A stretch of 64,000 bases of DNA, taken from an uncultured Candidatus Rokubacteria bacterium. Its GTDB lineage: Bacteria; Methylomirabilota; Methylomirabilia; Rokubacteriales; CSP1-6. Positions 20,167 to 30,726 of this stretch are shown piece by piece; position 1 is the stretch's first letter; every line of letters begins with the position of its first letter. Where the stretch lies: assembly GCA_963771355.1 (NCBI GenBank), contig CAVYTA010000003.1, forward strand, positions 1 through 64,000. Reading direction: 5' to 3'. The translations under genes and the position numbers were made by a program. The notes under the pieces are model-generated. The model was not told the origin of the DNA. It saw only the letters and a program-made list of their open reading frames with translations, and did no database searches.

Positions 20167-21504
20167 ATGGCCACCTCGCCGAAGTCGGTGGAGATCCGCG
20201 GCTACCAGGTGGGATTCGGGGACTGCTTCCTGCTCTCGTTCGTCTACTCGGCCACGGACAAGCGCCACGTGCTCATCGACTTCGGGACCATGGAGCTGCC
20301 GACCCGCGGGACGCCGCGCAAGGCGGCCAAGGCCTCCGAGCACATGCCCCAGGTCGCGAGCCACATCGCCAAGGTGTGTGGCGGCAACCTCACCGCCGTG
20401 GTCGCCACCCACCGCCACGCCGATCACATCAGCGGCTTCGGCACGGACGGCAAGACCGGGAAGTCCGGGGAGACGATCCGGGCGTTGAATCCCAAGGTCG
20501 TGCTCCAGCCATGGACGGAGGATCCGCGGGCGGCCAAGAACGCGACCAAGGCCACCAAGGACTCCCTGCGCTCGCCCAAGAGCTTCGCCGCGGGGCTGAC
20601 CGCCATGCACAATATCGCCGAGTCCATCTTCCAGCTCGCGCAGAGCCGCCCCGCCTGGATGAGCCCCGCGCTCCAGAAGGAGCTCCGCTTCCTCGGCATG
20701 GACAATATCCACAACAAGTCCGCGGTCGACAATCTGATCGCCATGGGCGAGGCCAAGGGCGCGACGGCGGTGTGGGCGCACCACGGCTCGGACTCCGGGC
20801 TGGAGAAGCTCCTGCCCGGGGTCAAGGTCCACGTCCTGGGGCCGCCCGATCTCACCCAGACCGAGAAGATCCGGAAGATGCGGCAAACGGACCCGGATCA
20901 GTTCTGGCATCTCCTGGCCGGCCCGAAGTCGCTCCAGACCGCCGAGCCCCTCGCCAAGGGTCTGGCGAGCGGCCGGGCCGCCGACCGCCACAGCGTGCCA
21001 CCCGAGGCCCGCTGGTTCCGCGACCGGCTCGAGCGCCTGCGCGCCGAGCAGCTCCTCCAGATCGTGCGGACGCTGGACGACCAGATGAACAATACGAGCC
21101 TGATCCTGCTCTTCGAGGTGTTCGGGAAGAAGCTGCTCTTCCCCGGCGACGCCCAGATCGAGAACTGGAGCTACGCGCTGGAGGACGCGCCGGACGCCGC
21201 CAAGACGCGCGCGCTGCTGGCGGACGTGGACGTCTACAAGGTCGGCCACCACGGGAGCCTCAACGCCACGCCCAAGACGCTCCTGTGGGAAGACTTCAAG
21301 CACCGCAACAAGGCGGGGGCGCAGCGGCTGGTCACCCTGCTCTCGACCATGCCGGGCAAGCACGGGAAGGTGGCGAACAAGACGGAAGTGCCGCGCCGGC
21401 CGCTGCTCGCCGCGCTCAAAGCCGAGACGACGCTGTCGAACACCGTCGATTTGCCCTTCGGGAAGAATCCGACCTTCTGCTATCAGGTGGACGTCAAGCC
21501 CTGA
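20167..21504 (+). CDS. ComEC/Rec2-type MBL-fold metallo-hydrolase (putative nuclease), cytoplasmic
   Basis: VGFGDC, VLIDFG, THRHADHISG, NNTS, FPGDAQ, YKVGHHGS; 2 bp after the protease. Confidence 0.85.
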   Translation: MATSPKSVEIRGYQVGFGDCFLLSFVYSATDKRHVLIDFGTMELPTRGTPRKAAKASEHMPQVASHIAKVCGGNLTAVVATHRHADHISGFGTDGKTGKSGETIRALNPKVVLQPWTEDPRAAKNATKATKDSLRSPKSFAAGLTAMHNIAESIFQLAQSRPAWMSPALQKELRFLGMDNIHNKSAVDNLIAMGEAKGATAVWAHHGSDSGLEKLLPGVKVHVLGPPDLTQTEKIRKMRQTDPDQFWHLLAGPKSLQTAEPLAKGLASGRAADRHSVPPEARWFRDRLERLRAEQLLQIVRTLDDQMNNTSLILLFEVFGKKLLFPGDAQIENWSYALEDAPDAAKTRALLADVDVYKVGHHGSLNATPKTLLWEDFKHRNKAGAQRLVTLLSTMPGKHGKVANKTEVPRRPLLAALKAETTLSNTVDLPFGKNPTFCYQVDVKP

Positions 21505-21523
21505 GCCGCGGGCCGAGCTCGCC

Positions 21524-22345
21524 CTAGACTTCCAGCAGGTCCTCGCCGATGACGACGGGCCCCGCGTAGTCGCGGGCGGCGGCGGCGCGGAGCTCCTCGG
21601 GCACGGAGCCGGGCATGAGGTGACTGACCACCAGGCGGCGGGCCTGGGCGCCGGCGGCCACGCGGCCGAGCTCGGCGGGCGGCGTGTGATAGGACTGGAG
21701 GTCGCGGATCTTCTCCTCCAGCGTGGGCCAGCCGCAGCCGGGAAACCACCCGGTCTTCGTCATCTCGCAGCACTCGTGGATGAGCACGTCCACCCCGCGG
21801 CTCCACTTCATGAGGTTCTCGCAGGGCTTCGTGTCGCCGGACACGACCACGCTGCGCCCGCCGCCCTCGAAGCGATAGCCGAAGGCGGGCCGCACCGGGT
21901 CGTGCTCGACCACGAAGGCGCTCACGGTCACCCCGCCCGTCTCGAGGACCCGGCCCTCCTCGATCTCGGTGACGCGCACCTCGGGCGGCCGGCGGTCGTG
22001 CATGTGGGCGCGGCGGATGTCGATGTCCCAGGCGAGGTAGTCCAGCAGGAGGTCCATCTGACGCCGCGTGCCGGCGGGCCCGTACACCTCGAAGGGCGCG
22101 TTCTGTCCCACGATCCAGCGCGTGATGAGGAGGTGGCCGAGGTCGATCACGTGGTCGGAGTGGTGATGCGTGATGAACACGGGCGGCCAGTCATAGGCGC
22201 GCACGCCCGCCTGGATGAGCTGGACGCCGACACCCGAGCCCGCGTCCACCAGGAAGCGCCGCTCGCCCAGTGCCAAGAGTGTCGCCGGCCCGCGGCGCCG
22301 GGGATTGGGCGGCGGCGAGCCGGTGCCGAGCAGGACGGCGCGCAA
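21524..22345 (-). CDS. RNase Z/arylsulfatase-like MBL-fold hydrolase
   Basis: LLGTGSP, VDAG, THHHSDH, SGDT, IHE, SHL; TTG start. Confidence 0.88.
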   Translation of the reverse strand: MRAVLLGTGSPPPNPRRRGPATLLALGERRFLVDAGSGVGVQLIQAGVRAYDWPPVFITHHHSDHVIDLGHLLITRWIVGQNAPFEVYGPAGTRRQMDLLLDYLAWDIDIRRAHMHDRRPPEVRVTEIEEGRVLETGGVTVSAFVVEHDPVRPAFGYRFEGGGRSVVVSGDTKPCENLMKWSRGVDVLIHECCEMTKTGWFPGCGWPTLEEKIRDLQSYHTPPAELGRVAAGAQARRLVVSHLMPGSVPEELRAAAARDYAGPVVIGEDLLEV

Positions 22346-22352
22346 CCGGGCG

Positions 22353-24431
22353 CTACCTCGTCCCCGCGCCCGGCCCGGGCCGGCGCGGCTGCGGCTCGAA
22401 GCGCTGATCCACCTGCTCGATCCGCTTGCCGCCGGAGAGAAAGAAGCGCGCCACCTGCTCCTGCGCGGCACGCCCGATGTCGGCGACCTCGGGGAAGGCG
22501 GTCCAGGTGAGGAAGCCGTGGGGGTTGCGGAACCGCTCGGGCAGCTTCCCCGCCATCAGCTCGTGGTGGTACACGCTGCTCCAGAGATAGAGGTCGCCGG
22601 CGCGAACCAGGCTGTCCGTGGTCGGGTTGGGCACGGTGCGATCGCCGAGGGCCCACTGCACGAGCACGGCGCGCGGCGGCCCCAGCGGCGCCTGGACCAG
22701 ATAGGGCGCGAAGGCCACGGGGTTCGCCGACTGGTTCAGCCATTCCACGCGGTCGAAGAACTCCTGGATCTCCAGCGCGCCCGTCGCCGGCTGCTTGACC
22801 GGAGGCTCGCCGGACAGCGGGATGGACTCGGTGAAGTCCTTCTCGCCGTTCATGAGCGAGGGGTTCCGCAAAGACAGGGCTCTGATGACGCCGGGCCGGA
22901 AGGCCGGCGCCTGGCGCGCGATCTCGACGATGGGCCCGCCCGGGACGTTCAGGACGCCGATACGGACGCGCGGCTCCACCACCATGAGCAAGGTGCCGTA
23001 GATGCCGCCGAAGGACTGTCCGAAGTAGTAGATCTGCTCGCGGTCCAGGTCCGGCTGGCGGTCGCCGTCCACGTCGATGCCACGCCGGATCGCGCGGACG
23101 AGCTGCATGAGATCCGCCACCGTCTGCTTGAGCCCATCGCGCGCGGCGACCGTGGCCAGCGGAGTGCCCGGGAGCGTGCTCACGCCCTCGGCGAGCTCGA
23201 TCTTACCGTCCTCGTTCCGGTCGATGCCGCGCCCCCCGGAGGGCAGGGTCACCGGCGGCCCGTCCGTGCGCACGAGCGTGAGGGTGCCTTCCGGCCCGGC
23301 GCCGTGGCCCACCACGTTGATCGCGATCGTGGCGAATCCGTTCCGGGCCAGCGTGCCCGCCACCATGGGCGGAATGACGTGCCGGTCATTGGTGAAGCCG
23401 TGGCCGAAGATCGCCACCGGCCAGCCTCCGGGGGGTTTCTGGCCTTCAGGGAGGAAGAGCGTGACGTGGATCTCGTCCTCCGTTGCCGGCGCGGCCAGCG
23501 GCTTCGCCGTGGCCACCGCGGGAATGTGCCCCTCCGCGGAGAGAAAGGACGGGCTCCGGTAGCGGCCGAAGGCGATGGCCTTCACCTCGGTGGGCGGCAG
23601 CAGATTCAGCGCCAGCGGCACCGACTCGCCCAGGAGCATGCCGCTGGTGGCAACGTGGCGGCGGAGCTCGATCGACTGGAGCCCGGCGCGCGGATACACC
23701 GACGCGCCGCGTCCCGGGGCGAGATCGAAGGTCACCGCGGGCTCCGGCTTCGCCTCCAGCACCGCGCGCATCCGCTCGAGATCCGCCGTCACCGACTGCG
23801 TGGTGAAGAGCGCGAGGGCGGCGATGTCGGCGCGCTTCACGCCGGCGCCCAGCAGGGCGCGCGTGATCCTCGCGTTCACCGCGTACGGGTGATCGGTCTC
23901 GTCGAGCGGCTTGAGGAGATCCGGCGAGACCCGGAGGCGGCGGCGCTCCGCGTCGGTGACCTTGGTGGTGACCACGAGCACGTAGAGGCGGCCCTGGAGA
24001 AGCGCGCGCTCGGGGCGCGCGTAGAGCACCCGGTGCTCCCCGTTCCAGACGAGCTGCCCCAGCGCGATCGGGGACGTCAGGGGCTCGGGGACGAGCGGCA
24101 GGATGAAGGCCGCCTCGCGGGTGACGCTCTCGACGGTGATGGGCTCGTCGAAGGTGAGCGCGAGGCGGGGGTGCACGGAGAAGCCGTCGAGCTGGTTGAG
24201 CAGGGCGACCTCGTCACAGCCGGAGGGATCCACCGGGCAGCTCGGCTCGGGCAGCACCACGCGGCGGCCCGTGCGCTGGGCGGGATCCGCGACGGTGTAG
24301 CGGTCGCTGGGAAAGATCGCGATGACCTGAGCGGCCCAGACGGGCGCCCCGGCCGCCGCTTCGATCAGCGCGCAGGCGGCAAGAGCGAGCCACCGGACGG
24401 AGCGACGCCGGAGGAGCGCCCGGAGCGCCAT
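22353..24431 (-). CDS. Secreted Ig-like + alpha/beta hydrolase (lipase-like) protein
   Basis: Signal peptide, LNQLDGFS, IFGHG, nucleophile GQSFGG, GDRTVPN. Confidence 0.8.
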   Translation of the reverse strand: MALRALLRRRSVRWLALAACALIEAAAGAPVWAAQVIAIFPSDRYTVADPAQRTGRRVVLPEPSCPVDPSGCDEVALLNQLDGFSVHPRLALTFDEPITVESVTREAAFILPLVPEPLTSPIALGQLVWNGEHRVLYARPERALLQGRLYVLVVTTKVTDAERRRLRVSPDLLKPLDETDHPYAVNARITRALLGAGVKRADIAALALFTTQSVTADLERMRAVLEAKPEPAVTFDLAPGRGASVYPRAGLQSIELRRHVATSGMLLGESVPLALNLLPPTEVKAIAFGRYRSPSFLSAEGHIPAVATAKPLAAPATEDEIHVTLFLPEGQKPPGGWPVAIFGHGFTNDRHVIPPMVAGTLARNGFATIAINVVGHGAGPEGTLTLVRTDGPPVTLPSGGRGIDRNEDGKIELAEGVSTLPGTPLATVAARDGLKQTVADLMQLVRAIRRGIDVDGDRQPDLDREQIYYFGQSFGGIYGTLLMVVEPRVRIGVLNVPGGPIVEIARQAPAFRPGVIRALSLRNPSLMNGEKDFTESIPLSGEPPVKQPATGALEIQEFFDRVEWLNQSANPVAFAPYLVQAPLGPPRAVLVQWALGDRTVPNPTTDSLVRAGDLYLWSSVYHHELMAGKLPERFRNPHGFLTWTAFPEVADIGRAAQEQVARFFLSGGKRIEQVDQRFEPQPRRPGPGAGTR

Positions 24432-24443
24432 TGCCCCCCGCCC

Positions 24444-25614
24444 CTACTTGGGGGGCTGTTGCGGTGAGGGCGGCTCCTGCGGTCCGGGAGGCGGCGTCTG
24501 CGGCGTGCGCCGCGGCGGGCGGGTCGCGCCCTGGTAGGCGCCGACCACCACGTCCAGCTCCGTCGGCTTGCCCTCGCGCCACACCTTGAGCTTCACCGTG
24601 CGCCCCACCGGCGTGCTCGAGATGATGCGCTGCAGATCGCGGGGACCCTGGAGCGAGGTGCCGTCGACGGCCAGGACCACGTCGTTCGCCTTCACCCCGC
24701 CCTGGTCCGCGGGCTGGCCCACCACTACCTGGCGGATCAGCACGCCCTTGGCCTCGGACAGGCCGAACTTCGGCGCCTCGTCCTCGCCGATCTCGGCGAT
24801 GGAGACGCCCAGCCACCCCCACTCCACCTTGCCGTTCTGGGCGAGCTGCGGCAGGAGGCCCTTCACCAGATTGATGGGGATCGCGAACCCGATGGTCCCG
24901 TTGCGCGCGGCCATGCTGTTCACGCCCACGATCTCGCCCGCCATGTTCACCAGCGGCCCGCCGGAATTACCCGGATTCACCGCCGCGTCGGTCTGGATGA
25001 AGTCGAAGCCGGGCGCGGCCACGTCGAGCGGCGCGCCCTTGCGGCTCACGATGCCGAAGGACACGGTCTGCTCGAGCCCGAAGGGATGACCGAGCGCCAG
25101 GACGAACTCGCCCACCCGGAGCCGGTTCGAGTCGCCGAGCACCGCCACCGGGAGCGCGGTCGCGTCGATCTTCACCAGGGCCAGGTCCACGCGGTTGTCG
25201 AAGCCGACCACGCGACCGGCGAAGCGGCGGCCGTCGTAGAGCTGGATCTGGATGCGCTCGGCCTCTTCCACCACATGCGCATTGGTCACGAGATAGCCGT
25301 CCTGGCGAATGATGAAGCCCGAGCCCGAGGCGCGGCGCTCATCGGGATTCGGCTGCCCGGGGATGGGCACGCTCGGCGTGGAGTCGGGGTCCGTGCCGCG
25401 GCGCACCCGCACCTGCACCAGTGCCGGCTTCATCCGCTCGGCCAGACCGTTCATGAAGTCGTTGAGACGCTGGATATCGGCCGGCGCGCTGGCGCCCGTG
25501 GCTCTCCGTCCAGTACGGGGGCTGCTGGGCCGCGGCCGGGCCGGGAAGGCCGGGGGCGACGAGCAGGGCGAAGGCAAGGGTGACGAGCAGGGCGCGCCGG
25601 GGACTGAATGCCAT
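24444..25614 (-). CDS. HtrA/DegP-family serine protease with PDZ; frameshift near 25505
   Basis: GSGF, TNAHVV, DLAL, VNPGNSGGPL; signal peptide is in the shifted frame (MAFSPRRALLV...). Confidence 0.9.
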
Positions 25615-25653
25615 GGAGGACCTCCTCACTACCGATCAGTATACCGTAGGGTG

Positions 25654-27168
25654 CTAATTGCCGTCCGCGCGACTAGGGAGCAGCCGCTGCGCGGCCAGGG
25701 CCAGCGTGGCGCCCGCCGGCGAGCGCGCCGCCTGGGCGGACAGCGAGGCGATGGCCTGGGCGGCGAGGGCACGCCAGGCGTCCGGCTTCGCATCCCGGGG
25801 CGGCGCGTCCCCGGGCGCGTCTCCGGGCATCGCGTCTCCGGGCGGCGCGTGATCGGCCAGCGCGAGCAGGGCCTGCGCCATCTCGCCATTGCCCGTGATC
25901 GGCGTGAACGCCCCCTGCCCCAGCCCGCTCTCCCGCGCGGGGGCGAGAGGCTCCGAGTCGAGGAAGGCGCCCGCGGCGGCGTCCCAGCGATGCGCGATGG
26001 TCCAGTCGGCGGCACGCGCGGCCCAGTCGCGCAGCGCGGGGTCACCGGCCGCGCGATACGCGTCGAGGGCGGCGGTGATGGCCAGCGCCTGATCGCGCAG
26101 CAGCCCGCGCGGCCCGGGCTCCCCCTCGGGGGCGTCGAGGCGATGGGGCACGGCCCCGTCCGGCGCGGCGGTGACGAATTCCAGCGGCGGCAGGGATGGC
26201 GGCGGCAGAGATCCGGGGCCCGCGGCCCCGGGCGCCGCTTCGCTGGGTGCCGCGGTGGCACGCAGGACAGCCGAGGCCAGGGCCGCGCCCGCGTCGGCGA
26301 AGCGGCGGGTGTCCACCTCCGCATCGGGCTGGGCGGCGATGCTCGCGTAGGCGCGACCGGTCGCGTCCACCAGGCGCTCCCGCGCATGCGCCAGCGCCCG
26401 CCGGGCGACCGCCTCATACTCCGGCGCGCCGAGCGTGGCCGCCGCCTCGAGGAAGAGCCGGATCAGCGCGGCCTGATCGAGCGTCACCTTCTCGGTGTGG
26501 GGCCCCGTCCAGTCGGCGGCGGCGCCATAGCGGAAGAAGGCGCCGTCCTCGGGATCCACCAGGTGTTGCGCGATGGCGTCCAGCGCCTCGCGGGCGATGG
26601 CCGCGAGCGCCGGGTCGGGCCGCCGCCGCGCCTCGCGCAGGAGGAGCGTCACCGCGTCGGGCTCGGGGTGCTTGGGCGCTCCGCCGAAGCCGCCGTGCTC
26701 GCGATCGGCGCGGCGGACGAGGCGCGCGACGACCTCGTGCACCAAGGCGCCCGGGGACGCCCCTGCAGGCGGCGCGCCCGGCGGCAGGGACGCGGGGCGC
26801 GGGCGCGGCGCGGGACGCCGCCCTTCGCGCAGGTCGGCGGTCGCCGCGTCGAGCAGGCCGAAGAGCTGGGTCGGCGAGAGAAAGGTCCCGCCACGAAGGA
26901 AGTCGCCCTCGGCGGTGAGCAGCGCCGTGGTGGGCAGGCCGCCGAGATGGTAGCGGCCGTAGACGTCGGGCCGCGCGTCGGCGTCCACCCGCACCGGCAC
27001 CGCGACGGCGGCCACCCGCGCCGCCACGCCGGGATCGTCCCAGGTCTCCTCGTCCATGCGATGGCAGGCGCCGCACCAGCGCGCGGTGAGGGAGAGCAGG
27101 AGCGGCCGGCCCGTCGCGCGCGCGCGCGCGAAGGCGGCGTCCCCCCAGTCCTCCCAGCGCAGGGCCAC
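25654..27168 (-). CDS. DUF255/YyaL thioredoxin + six-hairpin glycosidase-like protein
   Basis: WCGACHRMDEETW, GGLPTT, GGFGGAPK. Confidence 0.85.
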   Translation of the reverse strand: MALRWEDWGDAAFARARATGRPLLLSLTARWCGACHRMDEETWDDPGVAARVAAVAVPVRVDADARPDVYGRYHLGGLPTTALLTAEGDFLRGGTFLSPTQLFGLLDAATADLREGRRPAPRPRPASLPPGAPPAGASPGALVHEVVARLVRRADREHGGFGGAPKHPEPDAVTLLLREARRRPDPALAAIAREALDAIAQHLVDPEDGAFFRYGAAADWTGPHTEKVTLDQAALIRLFLEAAATLGAPEYEAVARRALAHARERLVDATGRAYASIAAQPDAEVDTRRFADAGAALASAVLRATAAPSEAAPGAAGPGSLPPPSLPPLEFVTAAPDGAVPHRLDAPEGEPGPRGLLRDQALAITAALDAYRAAGDPALRDWAARAADWTIAHRWDAAAGAFLDSEPLAPARESGLGQGAFTPITGNGEMAQALLALADHAPPGDAMPGDAPGDAPPRDAKPDAWRALAAQAIASLSAQAARSPAGATLALAAQRLLPSRADGN

Positions 27169-27184
27169 GGCGCGGGACCGCTGC

Positions 27185-27709
27185 CTAGCGGTTGACTTCG
27201 CGGAGCAGATGCGCCAGCTCGGGGATGATCAGCTTCTCCAGCGCCAGCCGGCAGGCATGCGGCGAGCCGGGGAGCGAGAAGACCAGCCGGCCCTGGACCA
27301 CGCCGGCCTGCGCGCGCGACATCATGGCGGCGGCGCCCACCTCCTGATACGAGAGCATGCGGAAGAGCTCCCCGAAGCCCGTGATGCGCTTGGTCAGCAG
27401 GGACTCGACCGCCTCGAAGGTGGAGTCGCGCGAGGTGATGCCGGTGCCCCCGGTGAGGATGAACACCTGGTGATCGGGCTTGGCGAGCCCCTCGCGGATC
27501 ACCGCCACCACCTGGGCGGGCTCGTCGCGCACGATGGCCTGGCCGACCACGGTCTGCCCCGCGGCGGTGAGCAGCTCGCGGATGAGCTGGCCGCTGGTGT
27601 CGTCCTTGGGCGTCTTGGAGTCGGAGATCGTGAGGACGAAGCAGCCGGCCTGCCGGGGGCCGGTGCTGCGATGCTCCTGCGCGACCTGATCGGGCTTCAC
27701 GTCGGCCAT
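27185..27709 (-). CDS. moaB: Molybdenum cofactor biosynthesis protein MoaB/MogA
   Basis: LTISD, TGGTG, GFGELFR, SLPGS. Confidence 0.9.
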   Translation of the reverse strand: MADVKPDQVAQEHRSTGPRQAGCFVLTISDSKTPKDDTSGQLIRELLTAAGQTVVGQAIVRDEPAQVVAVIREGLAKPDHQVFILTGGTGITSRDSTFEAVESLLTKRITGFGELFRMLSYQEVGAAAMMSRAQAGVVQGRLVFSLPGSPHACRLALEKLIIPELAHLLREVNR

Positions 27710-27728
27710 GGGATCGCCGGGGGCGCCG

Positions 27729-28034
27729 TCACTCCACCGGCTCGAGATAGATGGCGCCGCTTTCCACGCTGACCGTGTACCGGGGCACGCGCTCGCCGGG
27801 GATGGTCATGCAGACGCCCGAGCGAAGGTCGAACTCCCAGCCGTGCAGGGGGCAGCTGAGGATATCGCCCTCGATCCAGCCATCGCAGAGATTGCCGCCC
27901 TGATGCGGGCACTCGTTGCCGATCGCGAAGATCTCGTCCAGGCGCCGGTAGAGGACCACGTCCTCACCGTTCACCGTCACGAGGGTCGGCGTGAGGAGCG
28001 GGAGGGCGGCGACGTCGAGGACCTTGGTCTTCAC
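27729..28034 (-). CDS. Rieske [2Fe-2S] ferredoxin
   Basis: CPHQGG...CPLHGWEFD; GTG overlaps the glcF stop. Confidence 0.92.
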   Translation of the reverse strand: MKTKVLDVAALPLLTPTLVTVNGEDVVLYRRLDEIFAIGNECPHQGGNLCDGWIEGDILSCPLHGWEFDLRSGVCMTIPGERVPRYTVSVESGAIYLEPVE

Positions 28035-29344
28035 CGGCGGTAGGCCTCGTCCAGCAGCTCGACGATGTGGAGCACCCGGATGGGGCGGGCGCCGCCTTCG
28101 AGGCCCTGCTGGATCTGGATGATGCAGCCCGGATTGGCGGTGACCACCGCGTCGGCCCCCGTGGCGCGGATGTTCTCCACTTTGCGGCGCTGCAGCTGCC
28201 CGGCCATCTCCGGCTGGGTCAGGTTGTAGGTGCCCGCGGAGCCGCAGCACCAGTCCGCCTCGTGGAGCTCCCGCACGGTGAGCCCGGGGATCTGCGCGAG
28301 CAGCGCCCGGGGCTCCTTGCGGATCTTCTGGCCGTGGGCGACATGGCAGGGATCGTGGTAGGTGACGGTGCGCGACACGGGCCGCAGCGGGCCGCGCAGG
28401 GGCTCCCGGGCGAGAAACTCGGAGATGTCGCTCACCCGCGTCGCGAAGCGCCGCGCGCGCTCGGCCCAGACGGGGTCGCCCGCCAGGAGCGTCCCGTAGG
28501 CCTTCATGTGGGCGCCGCATCCCGAGGTGTTCACCACCACCGGCTCTACCCCCGCGGACTCGAAGGCGATGATCGTGCTCTTCGCGAGCTCGAGCGCGGT
28601 GGCGTGCTCGCCGGCATGGGCGTGCAGCGCGCCGCAACAGGTCTGCGTGCGCGGCGCGATGACCTCCACGCCGTTCCGCGCCAGCACGCGGGCGGTCGCA
28701 CGGTTGTGCGGCCCGAAGGCGACCTGCTGGATGCACCCGGTCAGGAGCCCCACCGTCGCGCGCTTCGCGCCTTCGGCCGGGGTGACCTCGGGGAGCGGCG
28801 CGCGGGCGGCGGCCGGCGGGATGACGGGCAGAAGCGGCTCCCAGCTGGCCAGGGGTCCCGGCACCAGGCGGAGGAGCCCGGAGGCGCGCACGAGGCGCTG
28901 GAGCCCGCTCACCTGGTAGAAGCGCAGCCCCGCGGCGGCCAGCGAGAGCAGGCGCGGGTGCGGCAGCAGCACGTCGAAATTCACCCAGCGAAAGAATCGA
29001 CGGAGGACGCCGCCGGGACGCTGTCGCTCGATGTCGGCGCGCGCGGCTTCGATCAGCTGGCCATAGGGCACGGCGGAGGGGCACACCGTCTCGCAGGCCC
29101 GGCAGCCGAGGCAGAGATCCAGATGGGCGGCGGCGGAGTCGGTCAGGCCGATGCGGCCCTCCGCCATGGACTTGATGAGGAAGATCCGGCCGCGCGGCGA
29201 ATCCATCTCGGTGCCGAGAATGGAGAAGGTCGGGCAATAGGCGAGGCAGAGGCCACAGTGTACGCAGCGGTTGACGCCCTCGACGTCGTGCCCGTGCAGC
29301 CGGAGCGGCCCCGCGAGGGGCGCCGTCTCCGTGTCATGCGCCAT
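28031..29344 (-). CDS. glcF: Glycolate oxidase Fe-S subunit
   Basis: CVHCGLC, CLGCRACETVCP, two CCG domains. Confidence 0.92.
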   Translation of the reverse strand: MAHDTETAPLAGPLRLHGHDVEGVNRCVHCGLCLAYCPTFSILGTEMDSPRGRIFLIKSMAEGRIGLTDSAAAHLDLCLGCRACETVCPSAVPYGQLIEAARADIERQRPGGVLRRFFRWVNFDVLLPHPRLLSLAAAGLRFYQVSGLQRLVRASGLLRLVPGPLASWEPLLPVIPPAAARAPLPEVTPAEGAKRATVGLLTGCIQQVAFGPHNRATARVLARNGVEVIAPRTQTCCGALHAHAGEHATALELAKSTIIAFESAGVEPVVVNTSGCGAHMKAYGTLLAGDPVWAERARRFATRVSDISEFLAREPLRGPLRPVSRTVTYHDPCHVAHGQKIRKEPRALLAQIPGLTVRELHEADWCCGSAGTYNLTQPEMAGQLQRRKVENIRATGADAVVTANPGCIIQIQQGLEGGARPIRVLHIVELLDEAYRR

Positions 29345-29348
29345 GCGC

Positions 29349-30701
29349 TCAGATTCCTCCCACGAAGCGGCCCGGGTTGAGAATGCCGCGCGGGTCCAGC
29401 TCGGCCTTGAGCCGGGCCATGATCCGGTGCGGAGCGCCGGGCGGGTCCCAGACCGGCACCCGCTCCTTCACCGCCAGCGGCGCCCACTCGAGCATCGCAT
29501 GCCCGCCCGCGGCCTGCACCAGCGCGCGCCAGTCGCCCAGCGCCGACGCCACCGTGGTGGCCGCCACCGCCCCGCCGCCGCCCGAGCCGACAATGCCCGC
29601 GCCGAGAATGGCGGTCACGATGCCCATCCCGGCATGGGCGCTGAAGGCGGCGGTGAGGCCATGGCGCCGCGCCACGTCGCCGCCCGACTCCACCACCTCG
29701 GCCACCTGGGTGGGCAAGACGCCCCACTTCATCACCGCGGTGACCTCGGGGAACACGGCGCGCGGCAGCGCGCCGGCGGCCTGCCAGAGGGCGTCCCGCT
29801 CGGCGCCGTCCAGCACGCGCGTGTCCACGCGGGCGCCGGTACCGAGTATCCGCGGGAGCTCGGCGCACTGCCACTCCACCTGCTCCCGGATCCCGTCGAG
29901 GCCGATGAGCAGCGCGGCGCCCTCGCGCCCGCCGGGCTCGAGCGCGCGCAGCGCTTCCGGATCCACGAGGTCGAGCGCGGACGGAATGAGGTCCGACGCC
30001 ATCAGGGCCCGCGCCGCCGCGCCCGCGTCCTTCACGCGCTCGAAGCGCGCCAGCGCGAGCCGGTCCGTGTCGGGGCGGGGGCGCAGCTTGAAGGTGGCCT
30101 CGACGAGGACCCCGAGGGTGCCGAAGGAGCCGATGGCGAGCTTGGGGAGATCGTAGCCCGCCACGTTCTTCACGACCTTGCCGCCGCCGCGCACGATGGA
30201 GCCGTCGGCCAGGACCATGGTGAGGCCGATGAGGAGATCGCGCATGGTGCCGTAGAGGTGCCGGCGCGGCCCCGACGCATTGCTGGCGAGGATACCGCCC
30301 AGCGTGCCCTGGCGCGCATTGGGCGGATCCAGCGAGAGCCACTGGCCGCGCCGGCCCAGCGCCTCCTGGAAGGCGCCGAACGTCAGCCCGGCCTCGGCGG
30401 TGGCGGTGAGGTCACCCGGCTCATGCTCGAGCAGCCGGTCGAGGCGCTTGAGGGAGAGCACGAGGCCCGGGCGCGCCGGCGTCATGCCCACCGACATGCG
30501 GGTGCCGCCGCCCCAGGGCGTGACCGGCAGCCCGTCCTCCCCGGCGAGGACGAGCAGCGCGGCGACCTCCTCCCGCGTGCCGGGAAAGGCCACCGCCTCG
30601 GGGGTGCGGCCCTCGAGCACATACGGCGAGCACTCGATGCCGGTGAGCACGTGGCGCTCGCCGACGATGGCGGCCAGCCGTCGCGCGAGATCGGGATCCA
30701 C
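29349..30701 (-). CDS. glcE: Glycolate oxidase FAD subunit GlcE
   Basis: GGKVVKNVAGYDLPKL, GSFGTLG, DPRGILNPGR. Confidence 0.9.
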   Translation of the reverse strand: MDPDLARRLAAIVGERHVLTGIECSPYVLEGRTPEAVAFPGTREEVAALLVLAGEDGLPVTPWGGGTRMSVGMTPARPGLVLSLKRLDRLLEHEPGDLTATAEAGLTFGAFQEALGRRGQWLSLDPPNARQGTLGGILASNASGPRRHLYGTMRDLLIGLTMVLADGSIVRGGGKVVKNVAGYDLPKLAIGSFGTLGVLVEATFKLRPRPDTDRLALARFERVKDAGAAARALMASDLIPSALDLVDPEALRALEPGGREGAALLIGLDGIREQVEWQCAELPRILGTGARVDTRVLDGAERDALWQAAGALPRAVFPEVTAVMKWGVLPTQVAEVVESGGDVARRHGLTAAFSAHAGMGIVTAILGAGIVGSGGGGAVAATTVASALGDWRALVQAAGGHAMLEWAPLAVKERVPVWDPPGAPHRIMARLKAELDPRGILNPGRFVGGI

Positions 30702-30726
30702 GAGAGGGATTCGCCACGCCCCCGCG

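Noticed and set aside
20167..22345. Two adjacent MBL-fold genes as one system
   Set aside because: They are convergent, belong to different subfamilies (ComEC-like vs RNase Z-like), and the second ends a separate long operon
25790..25850. Short PGDA-encoding tandem repeats in the DUF255 gene
   Set aside because: In-frame low-complexity linker; no evidence of function
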